Assembly (NCBI RefSeq): GCF_009914755.1 | Contig: NC_060942.1 | Origin: the human T2T-CHM13v2.0 reference genome, Homo sapiens | Strand: one strand, 5' to 3' | Length of the DNA: 64,000 nucleotides | Shown: positions 1 through 21,326 of the stretch, piece by piece | How the letters are laid out: each line of letters opens with the position of its first letter | How positions within the stretch are numbered: the stretch's first letter is position 1 | Program-made: the position numbers and the translations under genes | Notes under the pieces: model-generated | What the model was told of the DNA's origin: nothing | Seen by the model: the letters and a program-made list of their open reading frames with translations, nothing else | Databases searched by the model: none

Positions 1-263
1 CCAGCCCGGCCAACACAGCGAAACCCCGTCTCCACCAAAAAAATACGAAAACCAGTCAGGCATGGCGGCGCGCGCCTGCAATCGCAGGCACTCGGCAGGC
101 TGAGGCAGGAGAATCAGGCAGGGAGGTTGCAGTGAGCCGAGATGGCAGCAGTACAGTCCAGCTTCGGCTCGGCATCAGAGGGAGACCGTGGAAAGAGAGG
201 GAGAGGGAGACCGTGGGGAGAGGGAGAGGGAGACCGTGGGGAGAGGGAGAGGGAGAGGGAGAG
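1..263 (-). mobile_element. SVA retrotransposon, 5' end (CCCTCT hexamers + Alu-like region); remainder lies left of the window
   Basis: Reverse complement reads (CCCTCT)n-CCCCACGGTCTCCCTCT...GATGCCGAGCCGAAGCTGGAC, then an antisense Alu-like tract, which is the diagnostic SVA 5' layout. Confidence 0.95.
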
Positions 264-3200
264 TGTGTATTAGTTTTTAACAAAAAAGTTTAAAAAGTAA
301 TTTTTTGGCAAGAAGAAGTTTATAAGATTAGGATATAAAGAAAGAATTATTTGTGTACAGCTATACAATGTGTTTGTATTTTAAGCTAAGTGTTATTACA
401 AAATAGTTAGAGATAAGAATTCAAGATGGCAGATTGGAGACAAGGCTGATGTACAGCTCCCACTTGGACAGACAGAACAGTGTGTGGAGACTTACACCAT
501 GGACTTTTGCTCTAGGAACCACCACAGGAATGTACCAGGAAAACCAAAAGAATTCACAGATCATTTGAAAGAAGTAGTAGGCTGCTGCAAATTCTGTGAG
601 ACAGGAGAAAAACTGTGAGTTCTTAAGGTGAGAAGGGGGAAAAGCTGCCTCTGAACACACATCCCCACTGGGGAACCCGAAAGTCCAGATTATGGGAGAA
701 GGATTTACCCTTACTTAAACCTGAAACAGACTTAGTGTGAAATATGAAAGTAGTGAGAAGAGCCTTGTAGGCACTTCCATTCTCCCGCTTGAGCCGAGGG
801 AAGCCATCCCTGACTATATCTCACAGAGGCCCTCGGGAAATGCAGCCAGTGGAATTTGGGAGGGGTCACAGGGTGAAAGTAGTTTCCGGCTAAACTTTAT
901 AATAACTTTGACTGGGCACAAACTCTCTTGAGCAGAATCCAGGGCAAATGGGAACTACTGCAGAAAGGAGAGCAGGAGTCACAGCTGACAGTGAGGGCGG
1001 ATGGGGAGGGGTATGGCTGAAAGCCATGCTTACTTTCTTAGCGGGTGAAACTTAAAGCTTGGGACTAGGTCTGAGTCCTGTGCACAGGCTGCCTGGAGAT
1101 AAACTTGCACTGTTAGTTGGGTATGTTGAGAGTGAGAACAGCCTTGCCAACTGGATGGGAGCTGGGTGAGGTCTATTGCTACCAGCTTTCCCCCACTTCC
1201 CTGGTGATAGAGGCAGCCATAATCCCCTCTGGAACATAACCCCATTGGTCCAAGAACCGCCTTCCCCATCTCCCACAGTGGCTGCAGCAAACCCCACTCA
1301 AGGAGAGTCTGAGCTTAGACCCACCTAACCTTGCCCCCCCCACTTGATGGTATTTCTCTACCTGCCCTGGTAGCTGATCACAAAAGACAAACTCTTGGGA
1401 GTTTTATGACCCCACCCATTGCTTGAGAAACCTGAATACTTAACCTGGCCAATTTAGGACAAGCCGATATCCCCCTTCTACTATTGCAGCTGGTGGTCTC
1501 TTGAAAGCGCTACCTCCTGTCTAAAGGCCAACCAACTCAGGACGTTACAGCAACTCATGACTGAATGAACCTGCTCCAAGGAAGGAGAAAACAACAGCTA
1601 ATTCCACTGCCTCCAACATCCTGGCAACTGGTGATCTTGAGTCTGTCCATGTGACAACTTCACTGCTAGCATAACCAGCTTTTGAGAAAGCCAACATACT
1701 AAACACATCTACAAGCAAGGACTCTCACAGAGTCTACTTCTCTCCCCTATCACCTCCACCAGAGCAGGTGCAGGTATCTACAGCTGGGAGACCTGAAGAC
1801 AGATGGCATCACAGGACTCTTCACAGGTATTCTCCAGCAACAGACCAGAGCCAGAGCCTGGTAGCACCTCTGGGTGTCTAAACCAAGAAAAGCAATAACA
1901 ATTACTTCCTGAAGTCTGGCTCACAGGAAGCCCCATCCCTAGAGGAAGGGGAGAACACCACATCAAGGGACCACCCTGCGGGACTAAAGAATCTGAACAG
2001 CAGCCTTGAGTTCCAGATTTTTCCACTGAAATAGTCTACCCAAAATAGGAGGAATCAGAAAAATAATTCTGGTAGAACGACAAAACAAGGTTCTATAACA
2101 CCCCCAAAAGATGACACTAGATCCCCAGCAATGGATCCAAACCAAGAAGAAATCTTTGAATTGCCAGGTAAAGAATTCAGAAAGTTGATTATTAAGCTAC
2201 TCGAGGAGATACCAGAGAAAGGTGAAAACCAATTTAAGGAAATTTTTAAAAAATACAAGATATGGATGAAAAATGCTCCAGAGAAATAGACATTATTAAG
2301 AAAAAACAATTATAACTTCTGGAAATGAAAGACACACTTAGAGAAATACAAAATGCATTGAAAAATTTCAACAATAGAATTGAACAAGTAGAAGAAAGAA
2401 CTTCAGAGCTTGAAGACAAGGTCTTTAAATTAACCCGATCAGACAGAAACAAAGAAAAAAGAATTTAAAAAAATAAACAAAGCCTCCAAGAAATTTGGGA
2501 TTATATTAAACAGCCAAACCTAAAAATAACTGGTGTTCCTGAGAAAGAAGAGAAATCTACAAGTTTGGAAAACATATTGAGGGAATAATTGAGGAAAACT
2601 TCCCTGACCTCACAAGTGATTTGGATGTATAGACATCCAAATATAAGAAGCTCAAAGAACACCTGGGAAATTAATCACAAAAAGATCATCATTCAGGCAC
2701 ATAGTCATCAGGTTATCTAAAGTCAAGACAAAGGAAAGAATCTTAAGAGCTGTGAGGCAAATGTATCAGGTAACCTATAAAGGAAAACCTATGAGATTAA
2801 CAGCAGATTTCTCAGCAGAAAACCTACAAGTCAGAAGGGATTGGGTCTTATCTTTAGCGTTCTCAAACAAAATATCTGCCAGCCAAGAATTTTGTATCCA
2901 GCAAAACTAAGCTTTCTAAATGAAAGAGAGATAAAGTCTTTTTCAGAAAAACAAATGCGGAGAGAATTTGCCACCACCAAGCCAGCACTACAAGAAATGC
3001 TAAAATGAGTTCTAAATCTTGAAACAAAACCTTGCAAAATAGAACTGCCTCAAAGCATAAATCTCACAGGGCTTATAAAACAATAACATGATAATAATTT
3101 TAAAAAACCAAGGTATTCAGACAACGATTAGCCTGGTGGATAGAAGAGTAACTCACATCTCAATACTAATGTTGAATGTAAATGGCCGAAATGCTCCACT

Positions 3201-4778
3201 TAAAAGGTACAGAATGGCAGAATGGATAGAAATCCACCAACCAAGTATCTGCTATCTTCAAGAGACTCACCCAATGCATAAGAACTCACATAAACTTAAG
3301 GAAAAGGGGTGAAAAACGCTATTCCATGTAAAGGGAAACCAAAAGTGAGCAGGAATAACTATTCTTATATCCGACAAAACAGACCATAAAGCAACCAATA
3401 GTTAGAAAAGACGAAGAGGGACATTATGTAATAACAAGATCAGTCCAACAGGAAAATATCACATCCTAAATATATATGCACCTAACACAGGATCTCCCAA
3501 ATTTATAAAAAAATTATTATTCAACATAAGAAATGAGATCGATAGCAACACAGTAATAGTGGGGGACTTCAGTACTTTACTGAGAGCACTAGACAGGTCA
3601 TCAAGACAGAAAGTCAACAAAGAAAAAATGGACTTAAATTATACCCTAAAACAAATGGACTTAACAGATATTTACACAACATTCTACCCAACAACTGCAG
3701 AATACACATTCTTTTCATTAGCACATGGAAAATTCTCCAAGATAGACCATTTGGTAGGCCAAAAACCGAGTCTCAATACATTTATAAAAATCAGAATTAT
3801 ATCAAGTACCTTCTCAGACTACAGTGGAATAAAATTGGAAATTCACTGCAAAGGGAACCCTCAAAACTATGCAAATACAAGAAAATTAAATAATCTGCTC
3901 CTGAATGATCTTTGGGTCAAGAATGAAATCAAGATGGAAATCTTAAAATTCTTTGAACTGAACAATAATAGTGACACAACTTATCAAAACCTCCAAGACA
4001 CAGCAAAAGTGGTGCTAAGAAGAAAGTTGATAACATTAAATGCCTACATCAAGAAGTCTGAAAGAGCACAAATAGACGATCTAAGGTCACACCTCAAGGC
4101 ACTAGAGAAACAAGAACAAACCAAACCCAAACCCAGCAGGAGAAAGGAAGTAACAAAGATCAGAGCAGAACAAAATACAGTTGAAAGAAACAAACAACTA
4201 AAGATAAATTAAACAAAAAGCTGATTCTTTGCAAAGATAAATAAACTTTATAGACCATTATCAAGATTAACCAAAAAAAGAAGAGACAAGATCCAAACAG
4301 GATCAATTAGTAATGAAATGCGAGATATTATTATACAACTGATACAGCAGAAATACAAAGGATCATTCAAGGCTACTAGTTTTCATGCACACAAACTAGA
4401 AAATCTAGAGGAGATGGATAAATTCCTGGAAATATATAACCCTCCTAGATTAAATTAGGAAGAAATAAAAACTCTGAACTGACCAATAACAAGTAGCAAG
4501 ATTGAAACAGTAATTTAAAAAATTGCCAACAACAAAAGAAGTCCAGGGCCAGATAGATTCACAGCTGAGTTCTATCAGGAATTCAAAGAAAAATTGGTAC
4601 CAATTTTACTGAAACTATTCCAAAAGATAGAAAAAGAGGGAATCCTCCTTCAGTCATTCTGTGAAGCCAGTGTCACCATAATACCCAAGGCAGGAAAGGA
4701 CATAACAAAAAAAGAAAACTACAGACGAATATCCCTGATGAACATAGATGCAGAAATTGTCAAAAAATACTAGCTAAC

Positions 4779-5136
<358 letters not shown>

Positions 5137-6508
5137 TCAGGTGGGTTTCATACCAGGGATGCAGGGATGGTTTAACATATGCAAGTCAATAAATGTGATA
5201 CATCACATAAAGAGAATTAAAAAGAAAAATTATATGATCATCTCAATAGATGCAGGAAAAGCATTTGATAGAATCCAGCATCCCTTTATGATTAAAACCC
5301 TCAGCAAAATCGGCATAGAAGACACACACCTCAAGATAATAAAACCCATCTGTGACAAACTCACAGCCAACATTATACCAAGTGGGGAAAAGTTGAAACC
5401 ATTCACCCTAAGCACTGAAGCCAGACAGGATACCCAATTTCACCACTTCTGTTCAACATAGTACTGGAAGTTCTATCTAAAGCAATCAGACAAGAGAAAG
5501 AAATAAAGGGCATCCAAATCAGTAAAGAGGAAATGAAACTGTCACTGTTTGCTGATGATGTGGTCGTATACCTAGAAAACCATAAAGATTCATTCAAAAA
5601 GCTCCTAGATCTGATAAATGAATTCAGTAAAGTTTCAGGATACAAAATCAATATACACAAATCAGTAGCAATGCTGTACACCAGCAATAACCAAGCAGAG
5701 GACCAAATCAAGATCTCAACCCCTTGTGCAACAGCTTCAAAAAAAAAAAAAAAGAAAGAAAGAAAGAAAGAAAAAATACTTAGGAATATATCTAACTAAG
5801 GAGGTGAAAAATCTCTACAAGGAAAACTACAAAACACTGCTGAAAGAAATCATAGATGACACAAACAAATTGAAACACATCTAATGCTCATGGATGGGTA
5901 GAATCAATATTGTGAAAATACCCATATTGCCAAAAGCAATCTATAAATTCAATGCAATTCCTATCAAAATACCATCATCATTCTTAACAGAACTAGAAAA
6001 AAATCATCCTAAAATTCATAGGGAACCAAAAAAGACCCTGCAAAGCCAAAGCAAGACTAAGCAAAAAGAACAAATCTAAGGCATCACATTACCTGTCTTC
6101 CAACTATACTACAAGGCTATAGTTACCAAAACAGCATGACACTAGTATAAAAATAGGCAAGTAGACCAATGAAACAGAATAGAGAACCCAGAAATAAAGC
6201 TAAATATTTATAGCCAACTAATCTTCAACAAAGCAAACCAAAATATAAAGTGGGGAAAGGACACCCTATTCAATAAATGGCACTGGGATAATTGGGAAGC
6301 TACATGAGGAAGAACGAAGCTGGGTCTTCGTCTCTCACCTTATACAAAAAAATCAACTCAAGATGGATCAAAAACTTCAATCTAAGACCTGAAATCATAA
6401 AAATTCTAGAAGATAACATCGGAAAAACTTATACACATTTGCTTAGGCAAAGAGTTCACGACCAAGAATCCAAAAACAAATACAACAAAAACAAAGATAA
6501 ATAGATGG

Positions 6509-8151
6509 TAATGGCAGATGCAGGCCATCTAGAGTGGCCGCTGCTGTCACATGGGCTACAGAGGGGGGGCGCGGGTGGTAGCGGCAGGAGCAGCTGCAAA
6601 AGCAGCAACAGCAGCAGTGGGTCCCCTGTGCCCAGTGTTCCTGAGGCAGCCAACTGCACTGCCCCCACCCTTGCATGGCCAGGCAAGACCTATTCCAGGC
6701 CCAGAGGCTCTGCCACTCTGGACCCTGGCCCTGCGTCACTGCTCTCACCTACTGCCATTGTAGGGAAGGCCTGATGAGGTGGCAGAGCTGGGCCTGAGGC
6801 CAGCTAGAATCAGGGACCAGCGGGAGCTCCCTGGAGCCCGCCATGATAGGCTGCTATGATGGGGCTGGGTGGAGCCCCCCGCTGTGGGGGAGCAGCACAG
6901 TTGGGCATGGAGGGGTGGGCAGAGAGGGGCCCAGCGAGGACCTGGAGCTGCCACCCCAGGCTGCATGGAGGCACAGCTGGGGATGCCTGCATGCTCCATG
7001 GTGCAAGCAGGAGGCCCACCCTCCCAGGAGCAGGACTCAAGCTCTCGCACTCTGCACCCTAGATGCCATGGATGGTGGCAGGAGGGAGACAGGCTTCTGG
7101 GTGAAAAAGGGTGGATCCCTAGTGAGACCCCACCTTCAGGCCAGGGAGGGCTTGAAGGCTGGGGGCTGGGCTGCGAGTCCTGAGCACCGGAATGAAAACT
7201 TGTGGTGTCTTTTTTCTGGGCCCATCCATGGCCACCCATGGACCAATCAGCACACACTTCCTCCCCTCTGAGGCCCATAAAAGCCCCGGGGTCAGCCAGA
7301 GCTGGACAGATGACAAGACGACCAGCTGCAGAGGGGAGGTACCCTCTCTGCTGGGAGCTGAACACTTGTTGGGATGACCTGCCTGCAGAGAGGAGCTACC
7401 CTCTCTGCTAAAAGCTGAACATTTGACAGGACACCCTGGATGCAGAAAGGAGCTGCTCCCTGCGGGGCTCCTCTGAATTGTCCTATTGCTCATAAAGCTC
7501 CTTTTCATCTTGCTCACCCTTCACTTACCTGCATACCTCATTCTTCCTGGTTGCAGGACAACAACTTGGAACTTGCTGAATGTCAAGGGTAAAAAAGCTG
7601 TAGCACAAACAGGACTGAAGCATGCCTCTTGCTCACCATGTTGTAGGCAAAGAGAAGGAGAGAAGAGCTGCAGCCCTTCGGGGAGCCCATACCTGGGAGC
7701 TCCCTGAGCCATAACTATGACTGCCTCTTTGGGGCTCTGTGGTTTCTGGCATCTCCAAGCTTCCGGGTATCACCACGTTCCCCACTGCCAGCCATGGAAG
7801 CTGCTTGCAGTGAGCCTGGTCTGGCCACAGCCTCGCAGAGAGCTGGTGCCCATGCCAGCATGTGGAGCCGCCTGCCCCGCTGTAGCAGCTGGCATGTCTG
7901 ACTGTACACAGTGGCCAGACCCCATGCTTGCTCACATACCCCTCACTGTTCCATGCCTGACTCACCCTTAGCAGACATGGGATCCGGGCCTTTGGGAGGC
8001 ATGTGATCCAGGCCGGTAGTGTGAGCTGAGCGCAGCCTACCAGGCTGAGTGGGCAAAATGAGCCTAGTGAGTTTGAGCAAAACTTGGGCAAAGGTGCCAC
8101 CAGCCACAGAGGTTTCTAGCCAAAAAGCAACACTCCAATGATTCCATAACA
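6509..8151 (+). mobile_element. MER52-type ERV1 solo LTR inserted in L1 ORF2
   Basis: GC-rich 1643-bp block starting TAATGGCAG (degenerate TG) and ending ...cataaCA. 4-bp TSD ATGG (6505-6508, 8152-8155). L1 ORF2 resumes exactly (agatgg|gacctaattaaacta). Confidence 0.85.
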
Positions 8152-8207
8152 ATGGGACCTAATTAAACTAAAAAGCTTCTGCACAGCAAAAGAAATAATC
8201 AGCAGAA

Positions 8208-8521
8208 GGCTGGACACGGTGGCTCACTCCTGTAATCCCGGCACTTTGGGAGGCCAAGGTAGGTGGATCATTTGAGGTCAGGAGTTTGAGACCAGCCTGG
8301 CCAATATGACGAAGCCCCGTCTCTACTAAAACTCCAAAAATTAACAGGGTGTGGTGGCTCATGCCTGTAGTCCCAGCTCCTTGGCAGGCTAAGGCATGAG
8401 AATCGCTTGACCCCAGGAGACTAAGGTTGCAGTGAGCTGAGATTGTGCCACCACTGCACTCCAGTCTGGTTGACAGAGTGAGACTGTCAAAAAAAAAAAA
8501 AAAAAAAAAAAGAAGAAGAAG
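8208..8521 (+). mobile_element. AluS-type element in L1 ORF2
   Basis: Alu dimer with A-rich tail; TSD AAAAGAAATAATCAGCAGA on both flanks. Confidence 0.9.
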
Positions 8522-9365
8522 AAAAGAAATAATCAGCAGAGTAAAAAGATAACTCACAGAGTGGGAGAGAATATTAGCAAACTATACATCCAACAAAGGA
8601 CTGATATCCAGAATCTACAAGAAACTCAAACAAATCATCAAGAAAAAAAATAATAATCCCTTCAAAGAGTGGGCAAAGGACATGAACAGCCAAGTCTCAA
8701 AAGAAGATATGCAAATGGCCAACAAACATATAAAAAATGCTCAATATCACTAATTATCAGGGAAATGCAAATCAAAACCACAATGTGAAACCACCTTACT
8801 TCTGCAAGAATGACAATAATTTAAATATCAAAAAATAACAGATGGTATCGTGGATGTGGTGAAAAGGGAACACTTTCACACTGCTTGTGGGAATGTAAAC
8901 TAGTACAATCACTATGGAAAACTGTATGGAGATTCCTTGAAGAACTAAAAGTAGAACTGCTATTTGATCCAGCAATCCCACTACTGGGTACCTACCCAGA
9001 GAAAAAGAAGTCATTACATGAAAAAGACACTTGCACAAGCATGTTTATAGCAGCACGATTTACAATTGTAAAAATATGGAATCAGCCTAAACGCCCACTA
9101 ACTGAGTAGATAAAGAAAATGTGGCATTCTACTCAGCCATAAAAAGCAATGAAGTAATGGCATCTGCAGCAACCTGGATAAAGTTGGAGACCATTATTCT
9201 AAGGGAAGTAATTCAGGGTTGGAAAACCAAATATCATATGTTTTCACTTGTAAGAGGGAGCTAAGCTATGAGGACACAAAAGCGTAAGAATGATATAATG
9301 GACTTTGGGGACTGTTGGGGGAAGGTCAGGAAGGGAGGGTGAAGGATGAAAGGCTACACATTGGG

Positions 9366-9753
<388 letters not shown>

Positions 9754-10299
9754 TTACCACTAAAGAACTTTCCCATGCAACCAAACACCATCTGTTCCCC
9801 AAAAACTATTGAAAAAAGTATTTAAAACACAAGAGTCAAAAAATAATTTAAACGTTTATGAAGTACAGTAAGCTAAGGTTAATATATTATTCAAGAAAAA
9901 AATCATTTTTACACATTTAATGCAGCCTAAGTGTATAGTATTTATAGAGTCTACAGTAATGTCCTAGGCCTTCACATTCACTCACTACTCACTTTCTGAC
10001 TCACCCAGGGCAACTTCCAGTCCTGCAAGCTCCATTCGTGGTAAGTACCCTATACAGGTGTACCATTTTTTAATCTTTCATACCATATTTTTACTGTACC
10101 TTCTCTACATTTAGAAAGATTTAGATACACAAATACCATTGTGTTACAATTGTCTACAGTGTTCAGTACTATAACATACTATACAGATTTGTAGCCTAAA
10201 ACAGTAGGCTATATGATATAGCCTAGTTGTATCATCTAGATTTGTGTAAGTACACAGTATGATATTTGGACAAAGATAAAGTTGCCTAATGGTGCATTT

Positions 10300-12245
<1,946 letters not shown>

Positions 12246-12401
12246 TAGTAAGCATTTCTTTACCAAGGATTTCCTATTCCTCCTCAAAACCCACCTCAGA
12301 TATCACCTCCTCTGTAAGACCATTTGTTTCCCATTTCCCTTAGAAGCAGCATGACCCATTCCTCTCTATGAGTATTGACAACTTCTTACCTATCCCTCTG
12401 A

Positions 12402-13367
12402 ACCATGGTTTCTCGATCTTGGCACTGCAAGTTGTTCCCCTTATCCTAAATGTGTGGGGCACAGTGGCTCAGCCTGTAATCCCAGCACTTTGGGAGGCCG
12501 AGGTAGGCTGATGACTCGAGACCAGGAGTTTGAGACCAGCCTGGCCAACATGGTAAAACCCTGCCTCTAAAAACAAACAAACAAAAATCCGCAAATGATT
12601 GGGACCAGAAGTATTAAAGATTTTGGATTTTTTGTGGATTTGGGAACATTTGCATATACATAATGAGATATCTTGGGGATGGGATCAAGTCTAAACACAA
12701 AATTCACTTATGTTTTATATATATGCTGAAGGTACTGTAATTTTATACAATATTTTAAATGATTTTGTGCATAAAACCAAGTTGAACCCTCAGAAAGCAA
12801 AGGTGTCATTATTTTAGTCACCCAAGTGGACAATTTGTGATTGCTTGTCATTACCATCATTCCTGGCTCTGAATTTATACGCTACCAATAAGCCATCATT
12901 TTCTTACACTTATTCACATGTAAGTGCTTAATAGTAAAACATGACATACACATCTGGCATGTGTGGAAAAGATGTATCAAAACTGAAGGGGCCTGGGAAA
13001 ATCTTTTTTTCCCTTGGGGATGTTAAATAAACTGTGTGTTGTGCACCTGCATTTTGTCTGCAAATCATCATATAAAGTCAGGTATGGATTGTCCACTTGT
13101 GGCATCATGTCAGCAAAAATGTTTCCAATTTTGGAGCATTTTAGATTTTGGATTTTTGGATTAGGAATGCTTAACCTGGACTGATTTTGCCAGAGATCAT
13201 TCTTTGATGTGGGAAGTGGTCCTGTGCATTAGAGGATGCTTCGCAGCAACCTGGCCTCTGTTAACTATTTGTAAGTAGCAAATTCCTCACTCCTTGTGAC
13301 AATAAAAAATGTCTCCACACATCACCAAATGTCTTATATGGGCAAAATTGGCCCCAGTGGCAACTAC
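12402..13367. mobile_element. MER20 (hAT) interrupted by a Tigger4-type element (~12428-13178) that itself carries an Alu monomer (~12456-12587)
   Basis: MER20-like ggtttctcgatcttggcactg ... cctgtgcattagaggatg ... gtgacaataaaaaatgtctccacac. Tigger4-like gggaccagaagt..ttttggattt..tgagatatcttggggatggga and terminal ggattaggaatgcttaacctg. Confidence 0.7.
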
Positions 13368-13764
13368 TTCTTCAAAACTGCCCTGAAGAACTGCACTGCA
13401 GATATTTGCTTCTACATCTGTCTTCACTTCTCTTCTGCGAAATCCTAAAGGCCTGGACAACTTCTTCCTTATCTTAGGATAGCCAGTGACTGATTCTTGC
13501 TCAGATCTTCATAGGAAGCACCCTGAAAGGCCAAGGAAGCATTGGCAGATCTTCCTAGAACTTCAGGAAATCTGAGGCCATCACATCTAGCTCTAGCACT
13601 CCGTGTGGTGCCTTAATCACTTCTACAATGTCCCCTCCAGATTCTGTAAAGAATTCAAGCAATTGACACTTATCTCCCTGCAGGGGTGGGGGGCTCATTT
13701 TTAAAAAGTTTTTATGGTAAGCTGAAGCTTGCTGACTGTCTGACTTTACCCAGTGTCTCAATCC

Positions 13765-17225
<3,461 letters not shown>

Positions 17226-20190
17226 TCAAGGTTCATCCATGTTGTAGATAATTTTTTGTCTACAACGTTTTTGGAGATAAATTTGTTTTGTCTACAATTT
17301 TTTGTAGACAATTTTTAAATTGCATTTTCTTGTATGAGTGAGATTGAAATCCTGTAATATGTAAGCTTTTATATGATAAAAAGCCATTTGCGTCTTTCTC
17401 CATGACCACTTAATTCATGTTTGTAGTCCATTCCTCCTATCCAAGAATAGGAAATAACTTTACATGTACTCAAATATTTTGGCCCATCAGCAGCATTTGA
17501 ATTTCTCTTCACATACTTCTTGCACAGTTATGTTAAATAAAACTAGTTCTTTAAATTTACACCAAAAAAATAGCTAGTAATTGAACACTAGTAGCATCAT
17601 TTCTAAATTAGTCATCTTCTCAATTTGTAAAATTTGAAGTTGTGTTAAAATTCCACAAGGTGGCAGACTGGTTCTACTAAGTTGGGCTTACCGCATGGGT
17701 TTAAATAACATCCTAAATGTGTTATATGCATTCAATGGAATAGTATTTAGCTTTAAAAAAGTGATATTCTGACACATGCTTCAACATAAATGAAAAAACT
17801 TTGATAAGATTATATTAAGTGAAATAAGCCAGTTACAAAAGGACACATATTGTATGTTCCACTTAAATGTGTAGTCAAAATCAGAAAGACAAAGTAGAAT
17901 GGTGTTTGGCTGGGAAAAGAAGAAATGGGGAGTTATTGTTTAATGGATCCACAGTTTCACTTTCAGAAGACATAAAAATTCTGAATATGGATGGTGGTGA
18001 CGACTGCACAACAATGTTAGTGTACTTAATGCCACTAAATTGTACACTTAAGAATGATTAACAAGGTAAATTTTATGTTATTGTATATTTTACCACAATA
18101 AAAAAGATGGTAAAAAATAAGATTCAAGTAAAGAAATGTATAAAGAATACAAAAGTCTTCCACTGTACTGTGTATCCTTCCAAAATTTCTGTAAGTACAC
18201 CCACACCCAGGTGTGGTGTGTACTCAATATTTTACACTGTATTGTTCAATCAAGAGAAATATCCACCTCATCCTTTTTTAGAAAAAAACTTAGGAAAAGT
18301 TACTTTTTTCCTATGCAGTAGAATTCTGTGAGATTCACTACATATAGATTTGTGTAACCACCACCAAAATCAGGATACAGAATGATTCCATTACCATCTC
18401 TCAACCCCTGCCCCCCAAAAATCAAACTCCTATGCTAGTATTTTACAGTCACAGCCTTCCCACAATGAACCCTGGGCAACCACTGATCTTTTCTTCCTAT
18501 CATATTATCTTCTCCAGAGTACCATATAAATGGAAACATGTAATATGTAACCTTTTGAGTCTGCCTTCTTTCACTTAGCAAAATCACCATGTATTCATGG
18601 AGGTTGTTGCCTGTGTCAGTAGTTTATTCTTCTCACTACTGGGTAGTATTGCACTACACAGATATACCACAGCATTATTTATCCATTCAACTGTTGAAAG
18701 ACACTTGGGTGGTTTCCAGTTTCTGGTGATTGTGAATAAAGCTGCTATACAAGTTTTTGTGCAAATGTTAAGTTTTAATTAGTCTAGGGCAAATACACAG
18801 GAGAGGGATTGTTGGGTCATAATGTACCCATAATGTAGTTGTATATTTACCTTTGTAAGAAATTACCAAATTGTTTTCCATAGAGGCTGTACCATTTTGC
18901 ATACCCACTACCAATGTATGAAAGTTTAGTTACTCCACATCCTTGCTGGATATTGATATTGTCAGAATTTTTAATTTTAGCCATTTTAGGAGGTGAATAC
19001 TGACAGCTCATTATGGTGTTAATTTGCATTTCCTTAGTGATTTATGCTATTGAACTCTTTTCATGTGCCGCCATGTGTTCTCTTTGGTGACATATCTACA
19101 TATCTATTCAAGTTTTTCCCACATTTTAAAGAACTAGGTTGTTTGTTTTCTCACCATTGTGTTATGAGAGTTGTTTTTATATTCTGAAAACAAGTTCTTG
19201 GTTGGATATGTGATTTACGAATATTTTTCTCCCAGTTCATAGTTTCTCTTTTCTATTCTGACAAAACAAAAATTTTCAATTTTTTTTTTTTTTGGTGGAG
19301 GAGACAGGGTCTCACTCTGTTGCCCAAGCTGGAGCACAGTGGCACCAACATGGCTCACTGCAGCCTTGACCTCCTAGGCTCAAGGGATCCTCCTATCTCA
19401 GCCTCCTGAGTAGCTGGGCCCACAGGCACATGCCACCATGCTCAGCTAATTTTTTACTTTTTTATTTTTTGGCAGAGATGGAGTCTCACCATGCTGCTCA
19501 ATTGCTCAGGCTGGTCTTGAACTCCGGGGCACAAGCAATCCTCCTACCTTGGCCTCCCGAAGTGCTGGGATTACAGGTGTGAGCTACTGCGCCTGCCCAA
19601 ACATTTTCAATTTTTCTGAAACAAATTATCAACTTATTCTTTTATGGATTGTGCTTTTGGTTCAAGTTTGCCTAACCCCAGGTTAGGAAGATTTTTCTCC
19701 TATATTTTCTTCTAAAAGTGTTATGGTTCTATATTCATATCTATGATCCATTTTGGATAAAGTTTTGTACAGGTATAAAGTTTGGATTTTCATTTTGTTC
19801 TTTTGCCCATAATGTTCAGTTGTTTCAACACTATTTTTTGAAAAGACTGCTATTACACCATTGAATTGTCTTTTCACCTGTGTCAAAAATAAGTTGATTA
19901 TATTTGTGTAAGTCTATTTCTAGGCTCTCTATCCTACTTCATTGATTTGTATATTTTTCCCTTGGTCAGAACAACCAAGTCATGATTATGGTAGTTTTAT
20001 AGTAAGTCTGAAAGTCAGATAGTATGATTCTATCAACTTTATGCTTCTTCAGAATAGTTTTGGTTATTCTCATTCCTTTGCCTTTCTATATAAATTCAAG
20101 AATCAGCTTGTCTATACTTAAAAAGATCCTGCAATGATTTTGATTGAAATGAAAACATTTATTATGTTTTTTTCCAATCTATGAACATAG

Positions 20191-20415
<225 letters not shown>

Positions 20416-20771
20416 TAGCCAGGATGGTCTCGATCTCCTGACCTCATGATCTGCCCGCCTCGGCCTCCCAAAGTGCTGGGATTACAGGTGTGAGCCACCG
20501 CGCCCGGCCGCTTGTTCTTCTTCTTCCTCTTCTTCTTCTTTTTTTTTTTTTTTAAACACAGCATTTTGTAGTTTTTAGTATAAACACCCTTTACATGTTT
20601 TGTTAGAATCATACCTAAGTGTTGCAATTTGGAGGGAGCAATTTTAAATGGAATTTTATTTCTTAATTTTAATTTCCAATTGCTCATTGTCAGTAAACAG
20701 AAATAAAATTGACTTTTGTGTGTTGATATTGTATCCTGTACAAAGCTCAATTCACTTATTAGTTCTAGAAG

Positions 20772-21326
20772 TGTAACCAAACTCAGGTCCAGCTGCTCAC
20801 CACCTATCAAGCTAAAAACACAAGAAGCAATGCATGGTAAAAGAAAAGTAACCTTTATTTCAAATGCCATCAGTGAGGGAGATAGCTGAGCTCAAGTCAC
20901 AAAGAGATCATCTCAAACTTTTGGGCTGACTGAGGGAGTTTCAAAAGAGAAACTTGCTGTGAGAATCATGTAGGAGTGTTGCAGGGTGCAGCTCTGCATG
21001 CCTTGTTCTGATGGCTATCTTGAATAATCATCTATTCAGAGGTCTTGTTGGTGTTATCTTGACTTCAGTCTGGTGGTGGTGAACTAATTGTTTATGGACT
21101 CCCCTAAAAAGATGGATTTCCCAAGGGCTCCATGCCTGGTTTGTTTCAAGATTAGTCCCTGGAACTTTTAAACAAGCAGATGGTTAGATAAGTGTGTATG
21201 GTGCAAGGGAGTGTCTGGTAGAAAGGGGAGAGAAACAAAGAGTTTCAAAGTACATTTCAAGCCCATATTCTGAGTTTAGACAAAAAAGTTCAGAAATGCA
21301 TTTTATAGCTAAGATACTCAGTTATA
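20772..21326 (-). mobile_element. ERV1-class solo LTR (family uncertain)
   Basis: Starts TGTAACC, ends GTTATA. 4-bp TSD GAAG (20768-20771, 21327-21330). tttatt (AATAAA on - strand) at ~20854. Confidence 0.7.

Noticed and set aside
6443-8152. Dense overlapping ORFs up to 206 aa on both strands
   Set aside because: They lie within a GC-rich solo LTR with a TSD. Stop-codon scarcity explains them, and there are no recognisable domains or splice structure.
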